Source: Thermofilaceae archaeon (GTDB taxonomy: Archaea > Thermoproteota > Thermoprotei > Thermofilales > Thermofilaceae). From it: 64,000 nucleotides of DNA. Shown here one piece after another: positions 28,585 to 38,109 of the stretch. Location: contig JAWCCZ010000002.1 in NCBI GenBank assembly GCA_038861545.1, forward strand, positions 160,001 through 224,000. The letters run 5' to 3'. The notes beneath the pieces are model-generated. The model made no database searches. It was not told the origin of the DNA and saw only the letters and a list, made by a program, of their open reading frames with translations. A program made the position numbers and the translations under genes. The first letter of the stretch is position 1, and every line of letters starts with the position of its first letter.

Positions 28585-29594
28585 GCAGAGCTATGGATGA
28601 TAAGCAAGTACTAAAAGTGAGGAACTTAACAGTAAGGTTTTACACATACGCAGGGGTGGTTCACGCGGTTACCGACGCCTACATAGATATCTACGAGGGG
28701 GAAAGCATCGCGATAGTTGGAGAAACCGGCTGTGGAAAAACAATTTTCACCAGGGCTATTACCGGCCTCATAGAGCCGCCGGGTAAGATAGAGTCTGGGA
28801 CAGCCCTCTTTAGAAGAAGAGGCGGAGAAGTTATTGACTTGCTAAAGCTTGGTCGCGAAGCCCTTAGACAGATAAGGGGGGATGAGATATCCTATGTTTT
28901 CCAGGATCCCTCAAGCGCCCTTGATCCCCTGTACACTGCAGGTTACCACATCACCGAGACCCTCAGGGAGCACTATTCAATTGACAAGTCTGAAGCTAAT
29001 AGTAAGGCTATCGAACTACTTAGAAACGTCTTGATTCCAAATCCTGAACTACGTGTGAAAAATTACCCGCACGAACTCAGTGGAGGAATGAGGCAAAGAA
29101 TTGTTATAGCCGCGGCGATTGCTAATCAACCTAGGCTATTAATCGCCGATGAACCCACTACGAATTTAGACGTTACCGTCCAAGCTCAAATCTTAGAACT
29201 GATTGAAAGCCTCAAAGAGAAGTATGGGATGGGCCTTATCCTGATCACGCATAACCTTGGAATAGTAGCCGAAATAGCTGAGCGTGTCTACATAATGTAC
29301 GGCGGTATGGTAGTGGAAAACGGAGACGTTTTCTCGATATTTGAAGCCCCTCAACACCCTTATACGAAGCTACTTTTACGCTCCGTCCCCAACCCTCTGA
29401 TAAAAGTAGAGAAACTTGAGTCGATACCAGGCACCGTACCGGATTTAATTGACATGAAGCCCGGATGCCCGTTCGCCCCGCGGTGCCCCCAGGCTCTTCC
29501 GGTATGCTCCGAAAAAACTCCCCCACAGGTTAATTTAGGGAAAGGCCACGTGGTGCATTGCTGGCTTTTAGAGAAAGGTGGTGCCAGTGAGTGA
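28581..29594 (+). CDS. dppD: Peptide ABC ATP-binding protein DppD/OppD
   Basis: GETGCGKT, YPHELSGGMRQR, IADEPTT, HPYT, C-terminal GCPFAPRC...C...C cluster. Confidence 0.96.
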   Translation: MSRAMDDKQVLKVRNLTVRFYTYAGVVHAVTDAYIDIYEGESIAIVGETGCGKTIFTRAITGLIEPPGKIESGTALFRRRGGEVIDLLKLGREALRQIRGDEISYVFQDPSSALDPLYTAGYHITETLREHYSIDKSEANSKAIELLRNVLIPNPELRVKNYPHELSGGMRQRIVIAAAIANQPRLLIADEPTTNLDVTVQAQILELIESLKEKYGMGLILITHNLGIVAEIAERVYIMYGGMVVENGDVFSIFEAPQHPYTKLLLRSVPNPLIKVEKLESIPGTVPDLIDMKPGCPFAPRCPQALPVCSEKTPPQVNLGKGHVVHCWLLEKGGASE

Positions 29595-30549
29595 ACTCCT
29601 CAAAGTGAACCTAGTGAAGAAGTACTTTAGAGTCCGCGGCTCTTTGTTCAAGACACTAAAGGCGGTAGATGGTGTCAGCTTCACTGTTACGAGAGGGGAA
29701 ACTCTCGGGCTTGTAGGTGAAAGCGGGTGTGGTAAATCAACGCTCGGTAGAGTTGTGATCAAGCTACTTGAGCCGACCTCCGGGGAAATCCTGTTTATGG
29801 GTGAAGATGTAACGAAACTTAAAGGGGAGAGTCTAAAGGTCTTCAGGAGACAAGCCCAGATAGTTTTCCAAGACCCGAATACAAGCCTTGATCCAAGGAT
29901 GACTGTGCTCGAAATACTAGCCGAGCCTCTGCTAGAACACCGGCTAGTCGCTAATAGTATAGAGGAATACCTCGTCGAACAGCTTGAGAGCGTTGGTCTG
30001 AGGGAAGATCACCTTTACAGGTATCCACATGAGCTTAGCGGAGGACAGAAACAGAGGGTTGCGATTCTCCGAGCGCTTCTACTTAAACCATCCTTTATTG
30101 TGTTAGATGAACCCACATCCTCACTTGACGTTTCCGTGCAAGCGCAGATTCTCAACATGCTCAAAGAGATACAGTCGAAAATGGGGATCTCCTATCTATT
30201 CATCTCTCACGATATAGGGGTGGTGAAGTATATGAGCCATAGAATCGCGGTTATGTACTTGGGCAAAATAGCTGAAATCTCACCCTCCGAAGTGATTTTT
30301 GAAAAAGCTTTGCATCCCTACACTAGCTATTTACTGGCCTCTGTACCCATTCCTGATCCACGCTACTCGCGGAATAGGAAAAAAGCCGTGCTGCAAGGAG
30401 AGCCGCCTTCCCCGATAGAAGTACCTCTCGGTTGCCGTTTCCACCCTAGATGCCCCCACGTAACCGAGAAGTGCAGGAGAGAAGAACCCCAGCTAGTTGA
30501 AGTCGAAAACGATCACCAAGTAGCCTGCTGGCTTTACTCAAAAGCTTGA
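29578..30549 (+). CDS. dppF: Peptide ABC ATP-binding protein DppF/OppF
   Basis: KAVDGVSF, GESGCGKST, YPHELSGGQKQR, LDEPTS, GCRFHPRC. Confidence 0.96.
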   Translation: MVPVSELLKVNLVKKYFRVRGSLFKTLKAVDGVSFTVTRGETLGLVGESGCGKSTLGRVVIKLLEPTSGEILFMGEDVTKLKGESLKVFRRQAQIVFQDPNTSLDPRMTVLEILAEPLLEHRLVANSIEEYLVEQLESVGLREDHLYRYPHELSGGQKQRVAILRALLLKPSFIVLDEPTSSLDVSVQAQILNMLKEIQSKMGISYLFISHDIGVVKYMSHRIAVMYLGKIAEISPSEVIFEKALHPYTSYLLASVPIPDPRYSRNRKKAVLQGEPPSPIEVPLGCRFHPRCPHVTEKCRREEPQLVEVENDHQVACWLYSKA

Positions 30550-31161
30550 CCCGCAGGCTTTCTCGAGCTCTATTTTTACTATGGACTCACCTAGAAGGTA
30601 CTTCTCATGAAGCCTTGACCGCATCACCTCATCCCCGAGAACCGTGAATATTTGCCTCTTCGCATTAACTACCATGAGTATGTGTATAACTCCTCGATAC
30701 TCTAACAACCCGGGCTTAATCTCCTGGGCAAACTTTCTAGAGAGAGAAAAAACCGCATAATTTCTAAAAGTTTCCTCGATTTTCCTAGCTGCACCCTTCG
30801 CTCCGACCAGCCTAACAGCAGTATAATCCGCTTGATCGAAAAAGAAAACGGGTTGGGGAAGCTCCTCTTTCGAGCCGTCTGCCAATTGCAAGAACTCATT
30901 GAGAACCTCTTCAGAACACCTTAAAGGCTCAACTACAGGTGCCTCTATAGCCATCTCCTCAGAAGTTAAAATTCGGGAAGAGACTTTACGGGATAGTAAG
31001 AGGCGCAGGGTTTTCGAACCTAGCAAGCTGGATGCAAAGCAGTCCACTAGATAACTCCAGTCCGGTTTGTCTCTGTGATCCAAACGAGCGAAGGGGTACC
31101 AGAAAAGGGCCTTAGCATTTAATCTTCGAACAACTTCGCGGTCAGCGTATGCGTAGGGCAT
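30538..31161 (-). CDS. Hypothetical protein
   Basis: 207-aa ORF filling the gap, with TTTAAA about 25 nt upstream; no family recognised. Confidence 0.65.
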   Translation of the reverse strand: MPYAYADREVVRRLNAKALFWYPFARLDHRDKPDWSYLVDCFASSLLGSKTLRLLLSRKVSSRILTSEEMAIEAPVVEPLRCSEEVLNEFLQLADGSKEELPQPVFFFDQADYTAVRLVGAKGAARKIEETFRNYAVFSLSRKFAQEIKPGLLEYRGVIHILMVVNAKRQIFTVLGDEVMRSRLHEKYLLGESIVKIELEKACGSSF

Positions 31162-31240
31162 AAAGTAAGTCTAAGAACCGACCTTTAAATTAATTAAGAC
31201 GTAGACAGGATACCTCTGCCATAAAAGGTACAACCCAGCG

Positions 31241-32275
31241 GTGATAGACGTGAAAATCGAAATAGTTACTTTAGACAGCCGTAAAGTCCCCCTCGTTAAG
31301 CTTGAAGAGGGTGACGAAGCCGTTATAGTCTCGGATTTACACTTCGGGTTAAGATATAAAGGGAGATTCCTTACCAAGTTTAAGGAGTTTGAAAACTTTT
31401 TAAGGCATCTAGCTGGTAAACCACCCTCCTTACTTATTTTGCTCGGCGACGTTTTCGAGCTATGGAGCGCTAAAGCCAAAGATGTTTTTGCAACGGCTTA
31501 CGCCTCGTTGAGGGAATTAGCTAAGCTGGACTGTAAAATGATATACGTTGCGGGAAACCATGACCACGTTGTAGCCCATTTGGATCGCATGAGTTTCTTC
31601 GAAAACGACAATCTCCTCATTTCGCCGGAATACATCGTTTTAGAAAGCTCCGGTCTTAAAGGCTTGCTTTTCCACGGTCATCAGCTTGACTGGAAGTTCA
31701 TCAGATTTAAGTGGCTTTGGCGGACAGAGCCTTACATCTACCTTCTCTCCGAATCCCTTTCAGCTTTACCGTGGTCCACTGAATGGATACTTGCAGTGGG
31801 CTACGCGTTGCTCTTCTTGTCTTTCATCTCCATTACGAGTAGAGCACCCCTTTCCTTGAGGTTTGTGGCTGTAGCCTCAGCTCTCCTCCTGACAGCGCCT
31901 TTCATCATACTATCCTGGAGGAAAATCCAGGATAAGTTCTGGTACGGCCTAGTACAACCCTTAACTTACCAAATGTTCAAAAGCAGACTGCGTGGAAAGG
32001 CTTTGAAATCAGAGCCTGTAAGCAAAGCGCTTAGGAATCTCCTCAGCCTAGTAGAGGAGAGCGGGCTGGGGAACACCGATTTCGTAATATTTGGGCACAC
32101 CCATGTTCCTGGCTTGCATGAAGTTGAGAAAGGGCGCATAGTTGCTAACACAGGGAGCTGGATAGAGGATGAAGAAGGGTTTTGTTGCACTTTTGTGAAG
32201 ATTAAGGATAGGAAAATTACGCTGACGAGATGGAACGGTTCGGCGGGAGAAAATTTGATGGAAATAACGTTATAG
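31241..32275 (+). CDS. Calcineurin-like metallophosphoesterase (LpxH-like) with an internal TM hairpin
   Basis: SDLHFG, LGDVFELW, AGNHD, FHGHQLD, FGHTHVP, NTGSW; two hydrophobic helices between HGH and GHTH. Confidence 0.88.
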   Translation: MIDVKIEIVTLDSRKVPLVKLEEGDEAVIVSDLHFGLRYKGRFLTKFKEFENFLRHLAGKPPSLLILLGDVFELWSAKAKDVFATAYASLRELAKLDCKMIYVAGNHDHVVAHLDRMSFFENDNLLISPEYIVLESSGLKGLLFHGHQLDWKFIRFKWLWRTEPYIYLLSESLSALPWSTEWILAVGYALLFLSFISITSRAPLSLRFVAVASALLLTAPFIILSWRKIQDKFWYGLVQPLTYQMFKSRLRGKALKSEPVSKALRNLLSLVEESGLGNTDFVIFGHTHVPGLHEVEKGRIVANTGSWIEDEEGFCCTFVKIKDRKITLTRWNGSAGENLMEITL

Positions 32276-32313
32276 CTGCGGGAGCCGTATAGAAAGGTAC
32301 TGATTGGGCTCAG

Positions 32314-32658
32314 CTAATATGTTGGAGCCGTGGGCGGTGGAGGTGTGGTTTTCGCAAATTCTCTAGCATAGTACTCGGCAGAGTATTTCAAGAAGGAAGC
32401 CATGGTTCCCAGAACGACTACTAAGTAGCCTATAACTATAAGCACAAGCCCCAGAATTATACTTCCGAAGTCAAACAACCCTTGCGGAGGGCCATAGGGA
32501 GCAGTAGGACCTGCACCCATAGACTGCAATGCTGATATTATGGGTGAGCCAATCGCTGCGGCGCCGGCGATTATAAGGATAAAGCCGATAATCCACCAGA
32601 TTAGGCTTAGCAGTAGAATCTTGAAAGCGGTCGCAAAAGCGGAACCCCATGTAGCCAT
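32314..32658 (-). CDS. Small two-TM membrane protein (start moved to ATG 32658)
   Basis: MATWGSAF..., two hydrophobic helices, Pro-rich tail; TTTAT promoter-like element upstream. Confidence 0.7.
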   Translation of the reverse strand: MATWGSAFATAFKILLLSLIWWIIGFILIIAGAAAIGSPIISALQSMGAGPTAPYGPPQGLFDFGSIILGLVLIVIGYLVVVLGTMASFLKYSAEYYAREFAKTTPPPPTAPTY

Positions 32659-32787
32659 TTTTAACTCCCAGAGTACTATCCTAAAACCTTTATTTATCCT
32701 TATCGCCGGATAAGCTAAAAACAATTATAATCAATTGGGTTGAGATATAAAAGCTGTTAAAGGATAACTTCGTGCTGATCGATTTCT

Positions 32788-33438
32788 CTATTCCTTAAGC
32801 AACCGCGGGACATTCACTGAAGTGTAAGAGTTTATCGCCCAAAAGTAGAACGCTGTCAAAGCCGTCATTATGCCATCCCCTAAAACTAAACCGGCTATGG
32901 CGCCTATTTCGAATGGTAGAACGTAATGCAGCGAGGAAAAATTGTATACGCTGTGGGCAACAAAGGATAACGGCCATCCGCCGCGCTCAGCTAGCAAACC
33001 CAAGGTAAAACCAAGAAGAAGGTAGTGAGGCACCAGCAGGGCTGAACCCACTAGCGAAGCAGGGTCGCCGAGCCTCATATGGCATAAAGCGAAAACAAAA
33101 GCTTGCATTACATTGCCTAAATCCAGGAGCAATACACCACGGTAGAAAAGCTCCTCTACCAAAGCTGCAGCGATCATGAACACACTTAACATAGCTGAGG
33201 GGGCTGAACGCATAATAAGAGGATGGAAAGGTATCTGCGCCACTAGGGGTGCGATAAGAGCTATCAGCAGGTCCGGTTTCCTAATAGCAGGTGGATCCTG
33301 TTTCTTGCTTACTATAAGAGCTACCGAAAACAAAATCAGGGTTAAGTACGCTATTTCCGAAGAATAGAAGTTGGCTAACGCCGCGAAAACTAGACATGCA
33401 GTCAGCCATGCAACGCCAGTAACTTCTCCTTTATTCAT
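32788..33438 (-). CDS. CPBP (CAAX/Abi) intramembrane metalloprotease
   Basis: EELFYRG, FALCH, AHSVYN motifs in a multi-TM protein. Confidence 0.88.
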   Translation of the reverse strand: MNKGEVTGVAWLTACLVFAALANFYSSEIAYLTLILFSVALIVSKKQDPPAIRKPDLLIALIAPLVAQIPFHPLIMRSAPSAMLSVFMIAAALVEELFYRGVLLLDLGNVMQAFVFALCHMRLGDPASLVGSALLVPHYLLLGFTLGLLAERGGWPLSFVAHSVYNFSSLHYVLPFEIGAIAGLVLGDGIMTALTAFYFWAINSYTSVNVPRLLKE

Positions 33439-33551
33439 CCTTCATTGAAACCCTTTCGGTTAATTAAAGTTACTTAGTCCCCTAAACGGCTATTGACGTG
33501 CATACATCCTTTAAGGCGTAAAGCCTTTGAATAAGCTTTGCAAGCGCGAGC

Positions 33552-34406
33552 ATGCGTGATTTACTAGCAATAGTAAGAGCGGCGGCTAAGGCTGGCGGTT
33601 TAGCCGCCGCTAGGTTGCGAGAAGAGGAGGGAGTAGAGGAGGTTGGCCGAGGCAGCGGCGGCGATGTAGCTCTCAAAGGCGATTTAATCGCCGAAGAGAC
33701 TATTATAGAAACTTTAAAACGGGAAGTGGAATCATTCAAGCTCGTCTCAGAAGAAGCTGGTGAAAAAAATTATGGACAATGTGAGCTTTACTTCATCGTA
33801 GATCCTCTGGATGGAAGCAGAAACTATAAAAGAGGACTGCCCTTCTTTGCAACTTCTGTAGCGGCCGCGAAGGGGCCGAGCCTTAAAGATGTGTTAGCAG
33901 GAGCTATTTATGCACCAATGTTGGGCTTAGAATTTTACGCTGGAAAGGGAAAGGGTGCATACCTTAATGGCCGAAAAGTGCGCATGGCCCAGGACAGTGA
34001 AATGGTGGTGGCTGTGAACACTACTCCGAAAGCTTACTTCCTTCCACATATGCTAACTTTAGCTCTATCGATTAAAGGAGTGGTAATCCGTGCCCTAGGG
34101 GCAGCAAGTTTAGAGATAGCGGGAGTCGCCACAGGTTGGCTTAGCGCTTACATTGATCCCTGGTTCGCCGTACGAGTAGTCGATGTGGCTGCGGCACTCC
34201 TCTTAGCTGCTGAGGCTGGCGCTTACGTCAGTGTTAAAGGTAGCCTAACTAACCCACCTTCACTGTCCTTAAGAGAACGGCTTCATGTGCTGGTTGCTAA
34301 CTCGGAGCACGTCGCTGAACTGTTAAAGGAAATCGCCGTCAATGCTCTGGGTTTCCCGCCAGAGAAGCTGGTACACGGTAGTTTCTTAAATGAGAACGGG
34401 TGTTGA
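33552..34406 (+). CDS. suhB: Inositol monophosphatase / FBPase family protein
   Basis: VSEE, VDPLDGSRNY, RALGAASLE, DVAAA. Confidence 0.9.
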   Translation: MRDLLAIVRAAAKAGGLAAARLREEEGVEEVGRGSGGDVALKGDLIAEETIIETLKREVESFKLVSEEAGEKNYGQCELYFIVDPLDGSRNYKRGLPFFATSVAAAKGPSLKDVLAGAIYAPMLGLEFYAGKGKGAYLNGRKVRMAQDSEMVVAVNTTPKAYFLPHMLTLALSIKGVVIRALGAASLEIAGVATGWLSAYIDPWFAVRVVDVAAALLLAAEAGAYVSVKGSLTNPPSLSLRERLHVLVANSEHVAELLKEIAVNALGFPPEKLVHGSFLNENGC

Positions 34407-35467
34407 CTTGCATGCCGTTTAGAAGACGTAAAGTGGCTATCCTGGGGGCCAGAAGCTTGGCAGCCCAATGGCTTGTCAGGCTGCTCGAAAATCACCCCTG
34501 GTTTGAGTTGAGCGCGTTAACGTCAAGCGAGGCTATTGGTAAAAGGTACTTTGAAGCAGTAAAGTGGTTGGCGGGGAGTGAGCCGCCCGAATACGCGGCG
34601 AACCTGGAGCTAGCTGAAAGCGATCCGAAAAAGCTGGACGCGGATATCGTTTTTTCTCTACTTCCAGGAGAAGTTGCCTTAAAACTTGAGCCGGAGTTTG
34701 CGAAAGCCGGCTTTGCTGTGATCAGCAGAGCGGCGCCGTACCGTTATAGCGGAAAAGTTCCTGTAATAGTCCCCGAAGTTAACCCTGAACATTTAGCTCT
34801 GCTTGAGCACCAGCAGGAGTTGTGGAGCGGTGTAGTGGTGGCGGATCCGAACTGCACTACAACTATATTAGCCCTTCCTTTAAAACCCCTGCATGATACG
34901 TTTAAGGTTAAAAAAGTCGTTGCTAGTACGCTGCAGGCGGCCTCTGGAGCCGGTTACCCCGGAGTGCCCTCCCTAGAGTTGATAGACAACGTTGTGCCCT
35001 ATATCCCGGGAGAGGAAGAGAGGACTACTAACGAACTTTTAATGCTTATGGGTAAGGTCTCAAACGGAAGCATAGAGAAAGCTAGCTTCGAAACGAGTTT
35101 AACCTGTACAAGGGTTCCGGTGCTAGAGGGGCACCTGGCTAGTGTGTTCCTGGAAACAGAGTACCCAGCTAAGGCACAAGATGCGATGGAGATTTTAAGG
35201 GAATTCCGGGGTAAACCGCAGGAGCTCGGGCTTCCCACGGCGCCGAGGCAACCGATTATCGTGCTAGAGGATTGCGACCGGCCTCAGCCGCGTTTGGACC
35301 GTTTACGCGGTGATGTAAACGGAATGAGTGTGGTCGTAGGACGAGTTAGGGGAAGAGACACTGATCACTCTATCCTTTTTGTAACTTTAGGTCATAACCT
35401 TGTGCGCGGTGCAGCTGGCTCATCGCTCCTTCTAGCTGAGTTGCTAGTAGCTGAAGGATATGCTTAA
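34400..35467 (+). CDS. asd: Aspartate-semialdehyde dehydrogenase (archaeal type)
   Basis: VPEVNPEHL, catalytic PNCTT, QAASGAGYPG, DNVVPYI, RVPVLEGH, PQPRLDR, HNLVRGAAG. Confidence 0.88.
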   Translation: MLTCMPFRRRKVAILGARSLAAQWLVRLLENHPWFELSALTSSEAIGKRYFEAVKWLAGSEPPEYAANLELAESDPKKLDADIVFSLLPGEVALKLEPEFAKAGFAVISRAAPYRYSGKVPVIVPEVNPEHLALLEHQQELWSGVVVADPNCTTTILALPLKPLHDTFKVKKVVASTLQAASGAGYPGVPSLELIDNVVPYIPGEEERTTNELLMLMGKVSNGSIEKASFETSLTCTRVPVLEGHLASVFLETEYPAKAQDAMEILREFRGKPQELGLPTAPRQPIIVLEDCDRPQPRLDRLRGDVNGMSVVVGRVRGRDTDHSILFVTLGHNLVRGAAGSSLLLAELLVAEGYA

Positions 35468-35487
35468 CGCGAAGCTAATATAAATAG

Positions 35488-36441
35488 GTGATACAGATAG
35501 TGATGATGGAGGAAGTTCCATTCAGAGTTAGGGGAAGGAGACGTATTGAAATCCTAGTGCCGATTGCGGCGTTTCTATCACTACTGGTTATAGCGCTCTT
35601 GGTAATATGTGTTTACTCTGTCGCCTTGGGTGAGGTGGCGATTACCGTTGACCCGATAACGGGGGCGGTTAGCAAACCTGTTCTCGGTCCATCTTTAGCG
35701 TTTAAAGCCCCATGGGCTTACGTTGTCACAGGCTACGTCGGAGTTGAGGCAGTTGACATGTTCTTCGAACCACCGCGCGACTACCCCGCTGTAATAGCGC
35801 TGACGAGAGACGGTGTAATGGCTGAAGTGGATATTACAATCAGGTATAAGTTAATCCCGGAGAGGTTCGATATCCTTGTGAGACAGTATCCTAGGCTTAA
35901 CTATGAAGAAGACTTTCTAGTGGCCACGGCTAGGCAAGTCGTTAGGGAAGTACTTGCAAATTATTCTATGACAGACACTATTGAGAAAAGGGATGTTGTA
36001 GCGCGAGCTATCGAGAGCGAACTCTCTAGACGAATTAAGGCTGATCCCGTTATAGGAGTATGTCTCGAGCTTTTAGGTGTAAACATGAGGAATATTAGGC
36101 TCCCGGATGCAGTGATTAATGCGATTAACGAGAAAGTAGCTGCCCAGCAGAGAGCCCTTAAAGCCGAGTATGACCGGCAAGCCGCCCTCATACAGGCTAA
36201 CGCTAGCGCGCAATCTGCTCTTATACAAGCAGAGGGGCAAGCGAAAGCTTTATTGACTATTTCTCAAGCCCAGGCAGAGTCGGTAAAACTTATCGCTAAC
36301 TTGACAGGCGTTCCCGCTGAGAAAATTCTTAGCTATTACTTCTACCTACAGACGATCAAAGAATTAGCTGCTAGCCAGAAGGCTGTCGTCGTAGTTTCAC
36401 CCAGCGGCGTCGCACCGCTCATCTCCGTCCCGGGCGGTTAA
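35488..36441 (+). CDS. SPFH / prohibitin (band 7) membrane protein
   Basis: N-terminal TM, FKAPW, TRDG..VDITIRY, RNIRLP..AINEKVAAQQ, AxA-rich coiled coil. Confidence 0.9.
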   Translation: MIQIVMMEEVPFRVRGRRRIEILVPIAAFLSLLVIALLVICVYSVALGEVAITVDPITGAVSKPVLGPSLAFKAPWAYVVTGYVGVEAVDMFFEPPRDYPAVIALTRDGVMAEVDITIRYKLIPERFDILVRQYPRLNYEEDFLVATARQVVREVLANYSMTDTIEKRDVVARAIESELSRRIKADPVIGVCLELLGVNMRNIRLPDAVINAINEKVAAQQRALKAEYDRQAALIQANASAQSALIQAEGQAKALLTISQAQAESVKLIANLTGVPAEKILSYYFYLQTIKELAASQKAVVVVSPSGVAPLISVPGG

Positions 36442-36450
36442 GGTGATCGC

Positions 36451-38109
36451 GTGGGAGCTGCTCCACGCCACTTCGCTTACAAGGCGGCTGAAGAAGTCCT
36501 ACGTAGATTCCCGAATGAGAAACTGTACACAGTCGAAGCTGGAGTAACCCCTAGCGGTAAAATTCACTTAGGCAACTTCATAGACATTGTGCTAGCGGAC
36601 TCAGTAATGCGTGCGCTCAAAAGTACGGGGGTTGAGGCTGAAGGTTACTTAGCTGTCGATAGCATGGATCCATTTAGGCAATCCCCCACTTTTGCGCCTG
36701 AAGAGTTTCAGAGGGAAGCTGATCAGTACGTAGGTAAACCTTTTGAGAAGATTCCGGATCCGTGGAACTGCCACAAAAGTTACGCTCAGCACTTCGTGGA
36801 GCCGGTTGAGAAAAGTTTTGAAGCTTACGGTGTAGGGTTACAGGTAAAGTGGGCGAGTGGGCTGCATAGGAGTAGAGGCTACGTAAACTACCTACTAGAA
36901 GTATTGAAAAGAGCTGCCCAAGTCGTGGAGGTTTTAAACGAAGTGAAAAAGGAGGCTGGACACGCTAAGCTATACCCTAAAGGTTGGATACCTTACCGCC
37001 CTCTTTGCGCTTCATGCGGGAGGATCGACGAGGCTGTTAAGCCGCTTGAATTAACGGAATGCTTGAAGGTAAAATATAGGTGCTCCCATTGCGGCTATGA
37101 GGGGGAAGCCGATCCTTCGAAAGCAGAGGGAAAACCGCCATGGAGGGTTGACTGGCCGCTCCGTTGGCTTACGCTTAACGTGCATTTCGAGCCGCTCGGT
37201 AAAGATCATATGGCAAGCGGAAGCGGTTATGATACAGGCTGTGCTTTAGCTAAAAAAATCTTTAACCGCGATCCCCCGATACCTATTTTCTACGATTTCG
37301 TCTACTTCATAAAACGAGAAAACTCTGTTAAAATTTACTCAAAATTCAGTAAGAGAAAGGGAGTGGGCTTAGGAATCGATGAATGGCTTCGCTACGCCCC
37401 TCCTGAAGTCCTCCGCTTCCAGTTCCTGAAGAAAGATTCTTCAAATATCTTCGGCGAAGCACTCAGCCACTGGGATTTCGAGTTCGAGCAAATACCGAGT
37501 TATGTAGAGGAGTTTGACAGGTTTGAAGAACATGTATTCAATGATCCGAATCCACTTTTCCAGCAAACTTACAAGTTAGTGATGCCTAACGAAACCCCGG
37601 CTCGCGCCCCAAAACGTGTATCCTACTACCAGCTTGCCCGCGTAGCTGCCTGGATGGAGAACCTTGAAGATGGATTGAAAATGCTTGAAAGGCAGGGTAA
37701 ATTACAAGGGTTAGAGGATTGGGAACTAGTAGATGTTAAGAAAAGGCTTGGAATGGCTTGGGAGTGGCTTAAAATCGTCGGATATGGTGTTGTACTGCAG
37801 GACCCCATTAAAGCACTTGAGACCGTTAAGGCTCTCGAACCAAGGGTTGTTCAAGCATTCGTTAAAGCTGCAAGCGAGATCGTGGAAAACCGTTATACTG
37901 ATGTTAACGAGAGCGTGAGAAAAGCCGCTGAAAAGTTTGGGCTTACTGGTAGGGAGGAAAGACTCTATGTGTACAAGGTTTTCTACCGCTCCTTACTGGG
38001 AGAAGACTCAGGGCCCCCTTTAAGGAGACTGATATCTAGGCCTGAGGTAATTGAGCTTCTAAAAAAAATACTAGAAAAATTAACAATTAACTCCGCTTCC
38101 TCCTCATAA
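36451..38109 (+). CDS. lysS: Lysine--tRNA ligase, class I
   Basis: TPSGKIHLGN (HIGH), Zn-binding CxxC pairs, KPPWRVDWP, EPLGKDH, KFSKRKG (KMSKS-like), GPPL; GGTGA RBS upstream. Confidence 0.96.
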   Translation: MGAAPRHFAYKAAEEVLRRFPNEKLYTVEAGVTPSGKIHLGNFIDIVLADSVMRALKSTGVEAEGYLAVDSMDPFRQSPTFAPEEFQREADQYVGKPFEKIPDPWNCHKSYAQHFVEPVEKSFEAYGVGLQVKWASGLHRSRGYVNYLLEVLKRAAQVVEVLNEVKKEAGHAKLYPKGWIPYRPLCASCGRIDEAVKPLELTECLKVKYRCSHCGYEGEADPSKAEGKPPWRVDWPLRWLTLNVHFEPLGKDHMASGSGYDTGCALAKKIFNRDPPIPIFYDFVYFIKRENSVKIYSKFSKRKGVGLGIDEWLRYAPPEVLRFQFLKKDSSNIFGEALSHWDFEFEQIPSYVEEFDRFEEHVFNDPNPLFQQTYKLVMPNETPARAPKRVSYYQLARVAAWMENLEDGLKMLERQGKLQGLEDWELVDVKKRLGMAWEWLKIVGYGVVLQDPIKALETVKALEPRVVQAFVKAASEIVENRYTDVNESVRKAAEKFGLTGREERLYVYKVFYRSLLGEDSGPPLRRLISRPEVIELLKKILEKLTINSASSS

